64,000 nucleotides of DNA from Phoronis australis (GCA_002633005.1 NMRA01000151.1:662400-726399), one strand, 5' to 3'; shown: positions 53,098 to 64,000, counted from the first letter of the stretch. Numbers and translations are program-made. Notes: generated by a model from the letters alone, not told the origin.

Positions 53098-53707
53098 CTT
53101 TCCAATTGTTATCAATTCAGTTTCGCCTGTCGTTCCCGTGGCCATTTCAACAATTACGGCGTGACCAGACTGGTGACGTATTTTCTCTTCATCGTGCTTT
53201 GTCCCTTGATTTTTATAATTGTCCAACTGATTTCTGTATCCAGCTGTCACCCGGATATTAAGACCGCCTTTCGCTATTAGATTGCCGACGCACTCAACGA
53301 GGTACTGGTCAATCCTAACGAAACGCTCCTCGGTGAAATTTTTAAGTGTTAAGTTGCCGACAAGTTTGGTTTTTTCGTAAATTGACGAATCAAAAAACTG
53401 GCTAATGTACGGTTCCTTTTTAGGATCAATTTTTCCACACCATGGAATGTTCTCATCGCATCTGCCTGGATAGGCGTACTTGCCGTTGACGGCGAAAAAG
53501 CCCGGTCTTGACGCTTGTAATTGCGCCGTTGGGAATGGCACAACAAATGAACGAGGTTTGTTTTCTCTTTTGACGCACACCCAAATGACCTGAGGCTTAG
53601 GAGCAGGAGGATACTCGACGAAGTCAAAGCCGGCACATTGTGCAAGCTGGCCTAACTGAATGAGTTTACCTTTGCCATCATCTCCCGACAAGTCGAACCA
53701 TAGTGCC
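53098..53707 (-). CDS. Multi-Hedge-domain gene, visible exon 7 (end of Hedge repeat 2 and most of the M15A-like domain)
   Basis: ttctgattgtag / gttagt, phase 2 to 0; ALWFDLSG...LGQLAQCAGFDFVEY...IWVCVK, then LVGNLTLKNF...RIDQYLVECV...IRVTAGYR...RHQSGHAV. Confidence 0.88.
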
Positions 53708-54364
53708 CTACAATCAGAAACTCGAAGCTACAGAGTTCCAATTTGACGGGAAATAATTTATGGTGTCTCAATTAACACTTCGCAGGTTTGCATTCGGCAA
53801 AACAGTCGATGAACATAATCAGTGTTCTGCGAGAATAAATGGTTTTCCCATGCAAATTACACATTTTCTCTCGCTGTATATACACCTACAGAATACAACA
53901 CTGATGTCGCATTGCATTACTCAACTGCAATACTCTTCTTACAGAGAAAGCTTGTGAATCGAAGTGACAACTCAGTCGTATTGATGTACATACATTGTCT
54001 GGGCAAAGTGCCGAACGTCCTACACAGGGTTTAGGAGATAACAAAGCGGACGCCGGACACCCCGACCATCCGGATATAGCCAGGTTCGGTCGAAAGTAGC
54101 TACATGTACACCGAATGCGACGCTTCAGCAAACAATTCTCAAACAACACAAACAAGAGGTCTGCACAGTGTACTAGCAGACGGTCGTGGCCATGTAAAAC
54201 TAGTAGACGGCCATGGCCATGTACCGTAAAACTAGCAGACGGCCATGGCCATGTACAACTTCCGTAGTGACTGACTGTGTCTTTAAGAATTAGAGATAAT
54301 GCAATGCCGTGATGTGTTGTTGATCGCGAACAACTCACGCAATACTTCTGAAATGTGTACTTAC

Positions 54365-54511
54365 TGTGCCGTGCGATGGTGAGAAAATTCGTTTTTAAAA
54401 GTTCCCCACTTGAAACCAGCAGTTGCCGTAGGCTCTTCAAACGCAAATTTGACGATCAACTTGTTGGCTCCTCCCCACTTTTCTTCAACGAGTTTTGCCA
54501 AACGACGGAGT
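54365..54511 (-). CDS. Multi-Hedge-domain gene, visible exon 6 (Hedge repeat 2 core; missed by the ORF track)
   Basis: ggtttttag / gtaagt, phase 2 to 2; LRRLAKLVEEKWGGANKLIVKFAFEEPTATAGFKWGTFKNEFSHHRTAQ. Confidence 0.88.
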
Positions 54512-54771
54512 CTAAAAACCGACAACAGTCATGAATGGACATTTACTAGCCATGGAATTATGTGGAGGTAACACAAATCTTCTGCATTCACACTGATTTT
54601 TTGATTATGTATCAAAGGAGTGTTTCCCAACCTAAAAATTTAATAAGCAACTTGAAATTTGCCTAAAACATTCTCATACCAATGATAAAAACGCAAACAA
54701 AAACACAACTGCCAATGGCACTTATGGATTTTTACAATTACCAAGAATGAAGTGGTAGCAAAACAGTCTAC

Positions 54772-54945
54772 CTGAAAGCTAGCCTGTGCGTCATCACACG
54801 ATCTCTACAACGTTTGGCAGGAGGTACATTTGCACTTCCGGTGTGGACTCTACAGTCGATGCAGCTTCTGCCCGCCATCCCGCACCAGGCGTCGTTGCGC
54901 TTTGGGTTTTCGAAGATGACATCGTTATACGGATAGTAATATAAT
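54772..54945 (-). CDS. Multi-Hedge-domain gene, visible exon 5
   Basis: tttctctctcttcag / gtagac, phase 2 to 2; LYYYPYNDVIFENPKRNDAWCG...CIDC...CRDRVMTHRLAFR. Confidence 0.88.
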
Positions 54946-57199
54946 CTGAAGAGAGAGAAATGAATCCTTTTAAGAATGGACATAATGATAGTTTGACGGT
55001 GTGTTGCTTACGGTCATAGTATGATGACGGTGATGACAATAAATTCGAATGCGTTATATGTAATGTCACTGTGCAACGGTGAAAAGAGCGGTGACGCTGC
55101 TTATCTGTTAACCTGTCACGGACAGGATCATTGGGGATATATTGATGCATTAATTCCCTCCCCACACTATACCCGAGACAACAGTGAGCGCAAAACTCGA
55201 GGGCTGACGTTGCTTGGCTCTTGCTGTGACTTTTAGCAGCATGGCGGTGACAATAATGATTGGCATAGAATTACAACGGTACGTGGTGAAAGCATTAAAA
55301 CACTAACTAACAGGTGACAATCACTGCCGTATCTCAGTAACGGGAACATTGTCCAGCACCTACATGTACCCCCTCCTAATCAAAAGAATGTACATAGAAA
55401 CACGAAAAGAATGACGATTGGTTTTATATTTACTGAAGCCCTTCCAAAAGAGGCATTCCTTAACATCAGTTTAGGAATGTATAATTTCACAAAAACAAAT
55501 AAATTGCTGCAGACGATTTCATCAAATGGTGCTCCCACTGAGAGTGGACCCTTTAAGCACAAGCACTCCTTAATCAGTCAATCTACATGACACTAAAATA
55601 GTAGAAGATATACAACAATAAATGGGGCCGCTCAGCAGGCACTTCCGGAACAACTCAAATGAAGGGGTAATTCACATAATCCACTTTATATGCATCCTTC
55701 AAAACGTTCATTGATTAGAATTGTTGACAGCGACACCAATAAACACCATGAGTGCCTCAAGATTTTCCAAATTAACACACGAACACCGCCTGCAATAGCG
55801 TCTTTAAGACCATTTTAAGCTGCGTCAGCCTGGAGACATTAGCCTACACTTGTGGCCTGAAACCTGGTAAATTTTATCTCATCAATGCTATTCCATAATA
55901 CAATGTTCCAGCCATACAGACCAATATGTTTAATGACCACCATCTTGTTAGGTTAGTCGCCATTCACTCGCATTCTTGCAAAAAACGTGGTCTACGGAAG
56001 GCTCCTGTCATTTATACTTCTCTTGTTGTATTTTTAGTTCATGCAATCGTCCAGTGTGTTCCTATCTGTCAAGTTAATTTCTAACTTTGAATCATTGTTA
56101 TAGTTTCTTTAGTTCAAACGTTTTTTGGAATGAACAGACGGAAGTTGGAGGAATTGTTCGGCAAAAATCGGGCAAGATCGGTGAAAAACGCGCCACTAGT
56201 GTATGCGAACGTCTGCGTTAGAATATGTTCGTTCCCTCGTTAATGGGAGAAATTGAGTTGAAGAATGAATGTTACAGTACATTTACGGGGGAGAAATTGA
56301 GGAGCGTCGCATAAGACTCCCAGTATGGAATACAGTACGACTTTTTTTAGTCGACGATTCCAACGCCATATTCGGCAACCTCAGATTTCATTTGGCGACC
56401 TGATATTTGGCGACATGGCGTTCAGCTAAGCGTCAAGCGCTAGTACACTTCCCAATATGAAATTACTCTTACCTTGTTTTTTTATTCAGATTAAATTGAT
56501 TTTGGTGAAGACCACGCTAATAATGCCTTGCCTAAAATCTGAGCTTCAGGCTCTGGGTTTCAGTCAACAACCGTTTCGCACAAAGCTTTAGTATGGACAA
56601 ATTTATAGCATTATTTAAATGGTAACTGCCGTTTATTTAATAACAACGTTTGTCCAAAACTCATAGAACTAATTATCAACATCAGAAGAAGTCCTGATCG
56701 AGTTTTATAGCTAAAAAAGAGGACAGAAACTCGAGGGATAATACCGGCAAAGAAGGACTGGTGTTTACCGGGATGTGGGTCGTTTTGCGTGCTCATATTA
56801 TTATTTGCATGATTGATACATTATAGATACTCTTAAGCAAGACTTGAAACACTATGATTTTTCAAGAGGTGAGTAAAAATAAACTATACCGGATCTTTTT
56901 TGCAAACCACAGTTGGATTTTCTTTTGTGAGCACCAATGGTCCGATTTTCGAAATCAGCACACACCATAACTAATTACGTTTTTTGGGCCTTATAGAGAA
57001 ATTATGACCATTATAATTATGGCTGAGGTGATCTGCAGCATAGGCGACAGAAAACAGGGACGACGACGACGGTAGATTTAACTTAGCAAAACTACAGATG
57101 GAGAATACTTGTCGTGTTTTCTTGAACGATATCGTATTTTCACATGTAGTAAAATAAAAAAGATATTCCAGTATTAGTTTTGCATTTCTTTTCACTTGC

Positions 57200-57359
57200 C
57201 CTTTGAACTGTCGCTTGTGGTAGCGGGTGATGGGGATCCCTATCTTGCCGCAGGCAGTGTCCATTGTTGCTCCTTTAGGCCGTTTCATCCCTCTAAATAG
57301 TTGTGGAAAAAACGTGAAGAATTTGTTGCACTCGGCCAAAGAGACTCCGGATGCGTATG
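57200..57359 (-). CDS. Multi-Hedge-domain gene, visible exon 4 (GC donor; alternative in-frame acceptor at 57383)
   Basis: tttgtctttcag / GCAAGT, phase 1 to 2; ...PKGATMDTACGKIGIPITRYHKRQFKG parallels Hh [17 protein letters not shown]; 5' boundary uncertain. Confidence 0.75.
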
Positions 57360-57947
57360 CTGAAAGACAAATACGCGATTGGACTGGAAATGAGATAAAA
57401 CATATCTGGTTTGAGCGGTACGAGAAATAGTATTGCGCAGCGCCTCCCGTCTCCAGCAGATCTTCGTCAGTCGTCACTCCCTAGCCAAGAACTCTACTAA
57501 AAACCTAATAGAGATTACCCTGTAACACAGGTTTATGCATTTATAAAATGCAGGCAACAGTGAATCAAATAAAAGCGAAACTGTTCTGAATGTATCAGGC
57601 TCCAACTTCTGGTGGACAATTCATGACTAAGAAATGGATGTTTCACCACTCACGGTTCCGGCGTTACATAAACGTCAACAACGAGCAAACAACAAATACA
57701 TGTAGGTAATACACATAATCGGTCATGCATTGAAACAGGTGGGACATAACTCAAATGGCATGGACGCAAGACATTCTGCGCAGTTATACGCTGAGTCCGC
57801 CTACATCTGCTTTCATGACAAAAGCCGTTCCCTGACAGCACGTTTTTTCTAACTAACTCATCAATGAGAGAGGTGGAACGTTTAGCATTGAATAGGCGGC
57901 ACGTAAAGGTTGATGCAGGACCTGCAATTGTATGGTGGCCGTTGAGG

Positions 57948-58145
57948 GGAAGGCGTCGCCGTAAAATTACGCTCGTAATTACGAGCGTAAATTAAATTTG
58001 CATTAGTGTCGCCCAACAATTACGCTCGTAAATTAAATGGGGAAAAGCTTCGATGTAAAATTACAAGCGTAAAATACATTTTAAGGTAACGTAATTTTAC
58101 GTAACGTACATAATTACGCTCGTATTTTTTCGGCGACACTTTCCC
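57948..58145. mobile_element. Small foldback MITE with AATTACGCTCGTAA repeats
   Basis: GGGAAGGCGTCGCCGTAAAATTACG ... CGTATTTTTTCGGCGACACTTTCCC. Confidence 0.7.
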
Positions 58146-58673
58146 CCCACAGGCCAATCATACAATTCACCACTTGACCCTGCTAGTCCAACCATCGGCC
58201 GCGGACAAATACACACGTGATTTCGATACCGGCGTCTAATCTTTGTATTCGAAATTATTTTTGGCCTTTTTCCATTCAACTTAAATATATAATCACACTA
58301 AAAGTCTATTACTCTGTACTTGAGTATATTGTAAATTATTTGGGTGACTTTTTAACCTTACTTTGCACTTGATCACCCTATATTAAAGCTACGTGAGGCG
58401 ATTCTGAACTCGAAATGTCACGTGTTTACTAGAGTTTGTAGTGTCAATCTTGGGGTCGTCACTTGCAAACTTGAACTTTAAATTGATGTGTATAAATCGA
58501 GAACAGAAGAGTAGACACATAAAGTAGAACAGGAAATGTCATAATTTTGATTAGACCCGAAATAGAGACCGATATTGCCACTTGGCGGAATTTCCTGACG
58601 GTTGATACATGTTTGATGTCCCTTTACATAACTGCCGAACAAATTTATGCCTCTAAAGCTTCGACAAACTTAC

Positions 58674-59021
58674 TTGAATTAATCAAAGTTACAAAGTGAG
58701 TGTTCGCCGGGGTCACTCCAGTTATCCACGAACCATGCTTTACACCAACATGCACGTAATCTGCGTAAATCTTGACGTAGTCAAACTCCGCCATGACAGC
58801 CATCTGACCAAGTTTGCGCATTAGTCCTGCATCCTTATCTTCACTCGGCATTGTGGAGAATTTGTAATCCATTTCGTCATCCGTTAGCTTTCTTGAGATG
58901 GCTATCTGGGCGGCTCTACCTTCTTTGTGGATGGAATTCCATGCAAATTTTCCCCAGTTGCTTCCCTGAATTGGGTGCAGCTCAGTCGGCTCGTCAAATG
59001 CGTTAATAACCATCAGCTTCC
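58674..59021 (-). CDS. Multi-Hedge-domain gene, visible exon 3 (Hedge repeat 1, C-half)
   Basis: cttttcaag / gtaagt, phase 1 to 1; KLMVINAFDEP...SIHKEGRAAQI...LGQMAVMAEFDYV...YVHVGVK versus Hh KLRVTEGWDED...SLHYEGRAVDI...LARLAVEAGFDWV...HIHCSVK. Confidence 0.92.
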
Positions 59022-59205
59022 CTTGAAAAGACCATGATGTGAGTGTAAGCGTTTCCTACATTGAGTTGCGCACAAAAATAATTTTGTGCTGAATTAGGGG
59101 GCCATTTACTACTGATATTTATAGCATAAAAAATCAACTCCTTGCAAAGCGTTCCTAATTATGGAAAATATTCGGAGTTAGAGCTGTAAAAGTGTAGCCA
59201 CTTAC

Positions 59206-59426
59206 GGTTTTTCAGTCGAGGGTCTTTTATCACTAGTTCTGCTAGAGATTTGATTGCCTCCGACATGTCTAACGACATGTGACGATCAGCACACATTTTG
59301 GGCTTTGTATACCCGGCGACATCCTTGCGACAGTCCGCACAGGGGTAGTTCAACGATCCACACCATTTCTGTGTATGCTCCTCGTTTTTGAACAGGATCT
59401 TGTTCGATTTCAGTTGGATCATTTTT
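59206..59426 (-). CDS. Multi-Hedge-domain gene, visible exon 2 (Hedge repeat 1, middle)
   Basis: ttttatttcag / gtaagt, phase 2 to 1; ILFKNEE...CADRHMS...IKSLAELV versus Hh IIFKDEE..GADRLMT...LNALAISV. Confidence 0.9.
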
Positions 59427-59646
59427 CTGAAATAAAAATCAGTTTGTTTGCTTGATAATGGTTTGAGAGAGCAGAAACGCCATCAATTATGGCAGTGCCG
59501 CAGAATTACAAGAAATGGAATGCTTTGGTTTGATTTTAAATATACATCTTCACTGGGATTACGGTATTTCAGAAATTATCAGCTACGACTTAGTCAAGTT
59601 TGTACGGCAGCTGGTGGTGAGTATGTCCACTAAGAAATTATCATGC

Positions 59647-61301
59647 TTTGTGTGAACTTGTAATCCTGCTTAAAGGCGAAAGCAACCTTTTTTCATGTCA
59701 CTTTTAGCAAAAATAAGGTTCGGTGATTATCACAGACACATTTTTCACTTTATTACAGCTTTTCGTAATTTGATTAATTTCTCCTCCTCTACTCCGGAAG
59801 TGACGTTTTGGGAGGCAAGAGTTTCGCGCTAATTTCTTTTCATAATAGTCTGACTGTGAGAGCTGTCGAGTCAGTCATTGTTCTACCTCGGTTGTGATAA
59901 GTTTGGTCGTCGTTTGCTTTTGTTTACAAGTCAGTCAACATGCCACGGTGTTGCTGCGTGCCGGGATGTACTAATTATCGTCTCACACGCGCTTTGGGTA
60001 CCTTGCGTCGCTTTCCGTACTTGGCTAGCTCGTTCATGTGAAGAATGCAGCGCTACCCGTCTACATAACGTACACAGCAGTGGAGGGTTACCGAGTGTGT
60101 GGCAAGCATTTTCTGCCGTCAGATTATCGATGACAGATATGCACGCTGAATTGATGAAGGTCCCTGCGAAACAACGCTTGTTGATTCCCGGCAGTGCCCG
60201 TCGCCAACCCCGAGAAGTGCGTTTTTGAAGCGAGAAGCCTCGCGAGCTGTGGCCACTATATATAGTGACTGGAGGCACTTCATCTACTGTCACTCGTGCC
60301 TCCGAACGTACCCCATTGCGTGCAATTCCAGGAAGTAGCAGTGATTGGGCGATGTTGAGTAGTAGGAGTGAATACAGGCCCAGTTCGACACCCAGTGAAG
60401 AAGACAGTTCGTCATCCAATGAACAGATCGGTGAGCCTAAGTTTGATAAGTTTATTGTGGACTTGTATTGGAGCTATTTGGAAGGTGCCAGGTGTGTGGT
60501 GAGGGAGTCACACGACAGGATGTAAGCAGTTTGGGTGCTCAGATCACCCTTCAGTGGTAGTGTGTCGCGGGACACTCGGGCAAGTGGGACAATTCTTCCT
60601 CTGTATGTGAGACGATAATGAGTACACCCCAGTACGCAGCAACAGCGTGGCATGTTGACTAACTCGTAAGCAAAAGCAAACGACGACCGAACTTAGTCAC
60701 AACCGAGGTAGAACAATGACTGACTCGACTGCTCTCACAGTCAGACTATATGAAAAGAAATTGGCACGAAATTCTTGCCTCCCAAAACGTCACTTCCGGA
60801 GTAGACGACGAGTAATTAATTAAATTACGAAAAGCAGTAAATAAGTGAAAAATATGTCTGGGATAATCAACGAACCTTATTTTTGCTAAAAATAACATGA
60901 AAAAAGGTTGTCTTCGCCTTTAATCTCAAGATCGCGTATGCCTGAACTTGGAATTGAATATTTATTTGAGCAATCAGGTGAATTTTTTTGTTCAGCATAA
61001 AGAATTTTGTAATTATTGGCCTCCTGATCACCCATTTTCTCCTTTAGCGTAACTTATGTCAAAGAGTCGGAGGAACATGTGAATGATTAAATCAATTATT
61101 GTTTGGTGAATAAGATCGCCAATAGTTGAAAAGGGTTGGTTAAACTTTATGTTATTTTGTCAACATGTAATTTCATTTAGTGCAGTGCAAATTTTTATAA
61201 ACGTGAACGTGTTTCTTTAAGTGAACTTGTCAAGTTGCCTCGTGTATTCCAAGTTCACGCATACGCGATCTTGAGATTAAGCAAGATTCCAAGTTCACAA
61301 A
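59647..61301. mobile_element. Older ~400-bp MITE whose left TIR is split by the Kolobok insertion
   Basis: Rejoined left arm TGTGAACTTGTAATCCTGC-TTAA-TCTCAAGATCGCGTATGCCTGAACTTGGAAT matches the reverse complement of 61246-61301. Confidence 0.8.
59674..60919. mobile_element. Kolobok-like non-autonomous element with ~310-bp TIRs, TTAA TSD and THAP remnant
   Basis: TTAA|AGGCGAAAGCAACC...GGTTGTCTTCGCCT|TTAA; MPRCCCVPGCTN at 59940 and RVCGKHFLPSDY at about 60092. Confidence 0.88.
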
Positions 61302-61982
61302 CCGTCACGTGCACACGATTCAGCCTCTGCGAAAGACTACGTGTTCAAGACTAACATGGAATATATGCAATACCAGGGTTACGTAAGAGTAATGCCACTG
61401 CCTCCTCAGCATCTTTGCATTGGTCACGCTTTGTCAAAACCGGGTATCCACTGATAATAAAGAACAGCGCCAAACCCTACGTCAGCACTCAAACTAGTTT
61501 TGTCACGTAAAAGATTGTGTTTTGTGGTTAATTTGCCCACGCACGCTTGAATTTATTCAATAGTACTGACGTCTAATTATGTGGTTGAACAAACCAGCAT
61601 CGTGGTTTCCTTTTGTTTTCTTTTCTTTTGCCTAGGTGCTTGGTCCGTCCATTGCAGATGGCCACAAGCTAAATACTGCTCTGTATATTAAGCAAAGTTG
61701 ACAAACGTCAAACTATCAATACTATTAAGACCAACGGTACTAATGAGCACATGTGAGTGCCCATGGGCTGTTATGCTTTAGTTGCCAAATTTTAATTCAT
61801 TCTTATACGGGACGTCTTTAAATACAATCTAAGTGACACTGGGGTTATAGCAGGAATATATTGACGTGAATGACATCTTGTCGTTCAACTGAAACAGTTA
61901 TACGATTTGAACTGCGACTAACTATTTTACGGTTTAATTAAGATTACTGCTTTGTCGATCAGTTCTACACTAGTTTGCTTAC

Positions 61983-62189
61983 GAGAAGAATTCATTGTAG
62001 CTCCTCTCCACCTGTCGGATGATTTTACCGCACGCTTGCTCAGGTGTCTTGTCCGCATTTAACTCTGCGGCACCAGTCAATTGTATAAAGCAACAAGTCG
62101 TCTGGTCCACAGGGTCTTGGCACAACGCAAATTCAGTCTCTGGTCTAAGCTGGGTATTTGTAGCCATAGCAGGGTACAAATTGCCCCAC
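61983..62189 (-). CDS. Multi-Hedge-domain gene, first visible exon (upstream exons lie outside the window)
   Basis: ttcttatccacag / gtaagc, phase 2 to 2; ...DKTPEQACGKIIRQVERSYNEFFS parallels exon 4 and Hh [22 protein letters not shown]. Confidence 0.85.
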
Positions 62190-62714
62190 CTGTGGATAAG
62201 AAATTAAAAATGCAGCCATCAGCACAGCTTATTATTCTTATCAATACCGTGTACTAGGTGAGTGGTGTGGAGGGGAAGCCCGCATTCCCTATTTGAAGTA
62301 CCTACATAAAAATATAATGCCAGAGGCGGATTTATGGGAGGCCAAGGGGTCCTTGCCTCCTCAGTAGGAATGTGTCTGCCACCTTTCATCATGCTTCTTT
62401 TTGGATGACAGGGAGGCAGACTACAAATGACACAAAAATAATAGAAAGATAGAAAGGCCACTAGTTGGCCCAACAGAAGTCAAATCGGCCTATGCTATCT
62501 ACGTGTTAGAAACGCATTTGCCAAATCTCATGTACATGTACATTCGTCAGGAATGTCAAGTCAAAGGCAAAAAAGATACTAGGCAATTCGACAGTAGTCA
62601 GATTTGTCCAAAATCCAAGTCAGCCATAGGGCCTACTCTGCTCAATAGAAACACATGCCACTAAACTTGAGCACTGGAAAAAAATAAAAATCTCAGTACA
62701 AAACGGCGCTACAG

Positions 62715-63774
62715 CAGTTGCACCCGTTCAAAACTCATCGTTGGTGATGCACTTCCCAGAAGGAAAAATATGTCAATTTTCACTATTTGTCGGACAACAC
62801 AAGGGGAAATGACAAAGATTCGAAAATAAAAGTTACCACTATTAGGTATTGTTGAATACAACTTTTGTATACGAAAATGAAAATATCGTCTCTTAACTAG
62901 AAACATATGTGCCAAATTTCGTGAAACTCCGTCAAGTATACAGAAGGAAACATAAAAGATTAAAATCGACATTAAGAGGTTCATATCTTTATCTATTTCT
63001 GTAGATACATGCAGATACAGAAATAGATTCGGGGTGGGAGGATATACATTTTCGGTTCATTGTAGGAGGAATTCCGTTATCTTCGAATCGATTCTTGTTT
63101 GTCATTTTTTTCACATCTCACTTTAAATTTTTCTTCATGAAAATGAGAGTATCAAAATTTTCTAGTGATAACTGAGCTCCTTGAGCATTTATGATGTCCC
63201 CTGCAACGGAAATTGTTAAATCTGACTAGNNNNNNNNNNNNNNNNNNNNNNNNNNNNNNCAGTTGCACCCGTTCAAAACTCATCGTTGGTGATGCACTTC
63301 CCAGAAGGAAAAATATGTCAATTTTCACTATTTGTCGGACAACACAAGGGGAAATGACAAAGATTCGAAAATAAAAATTACCACTATTAGGTATTGTTGA
63401 ATACAACTTTTGTATACGAAAATGAAAACATCGTCTCTTAACTAGAAACATATGTGCCAAATTTCGTGAAACTCCGTCAAGTATACAGAAGGAAACATAA
63501 AAGATTAAAATCGACATTAAGAGGTTCATATCTTTATCTATTTCTATAGATACATGCAGATACAGATATAGATTCGGGGTGGGAGGATATACATTTTCGG
63601 TTCATTGTAGGAGGAATTCCGTTATCTTCGAATCGATTCTTGTTTGTCATTTTTTTCACATCTCACTTTAAATTTTTCTTCATGAAAATGAGAGTATCAA
63701 AATTTTCTAGTGATAACTGAGCTCCTTGAGCATTTATGATGTCCCCTGCAACGGAAATTGTTAAATCTGACTAG
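62715..63774. other. 515-bp direct duplication across a 30-N gap (63230-63259); probable assembly/haplotype artefact
   Basis: 62715-63229 recurs at 63260-63774 with about 4 substitutions; both copies abut the gap exactly. Confidence 0.85.
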
Positions 63775-64000
63775 GTTCTAACTAATGAAATATCTTGAGC
63801 TAAACTTGAGCAAAATTCGACGTACGTGTGGAACCGAAATGGGCCTTGGCATATCGATATCGAAATCGGTCGCTTCCACATTGCACACTTAGTATACATT
63901 TATAAAACGTACCGAGAGTGGCGCAGATGAAGTAACGTCCCTAGAGACATTATTTCGAGTGGCCAGGATGTTATTTCATCTACGCCAATCGAGATATGTT

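Noticed and set aside
58674-62189. Canonical hedgehog (hh) gene
   Set aside because: A second Hedge repeat follows instead of the GCF/Hint domain, large Cys inserts are present and Zn ligands are altered
62715-63774. Genuine tandem duplication or duplicated ORFs
   Set aside because: Copies abut a 30-N gap and differ by a few SNPs, as expected for unmerged haplotype overlaps
1-64000. tRNA or rRNA genes
   Set aside because: None recognised by eye; tRNAscan-SE or Infernal would be needed to exclude them

Overview
This is AT-rich, repeat-laden animal (probably invertebrate) genomic DNA with spliceosomal introns and scaffold N gaps; it is not prokaryotic. The main feature is a large minus-strand gene that I could splice by hand from 13 exons (62189 down to the stop at 16395). 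All 12 junctions are phase-compatible, about 1030 aa are visible, and the 5' end lies beyond the window. The protein has two tandem Hedgehog-N-like (Hedge) domains, each with a conserved Cys-rich insert, then an M15A/DD-peptidase-like domain and a C-terminal region that aligns by eye to ADP-ribosyl cyclase/CD38. No Hint (Hog) domain follows. An intronless class A GPCR sits on the same strand inside a 14.6-kb intron of this gene, behind a splice acceptor that is in frame with the preceding host exon. The window also holds the first coding exon of a cytochrome P450, a Gmr1-type Ty3/gypsy element, THAP-bearing Kolobok-like elements, L1/Tx1 remnants, several MITEs, two minisatellites and a probable haplotype duplication across an N gap. 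All homology calls come from motifs recalled from memory; no searches were run.
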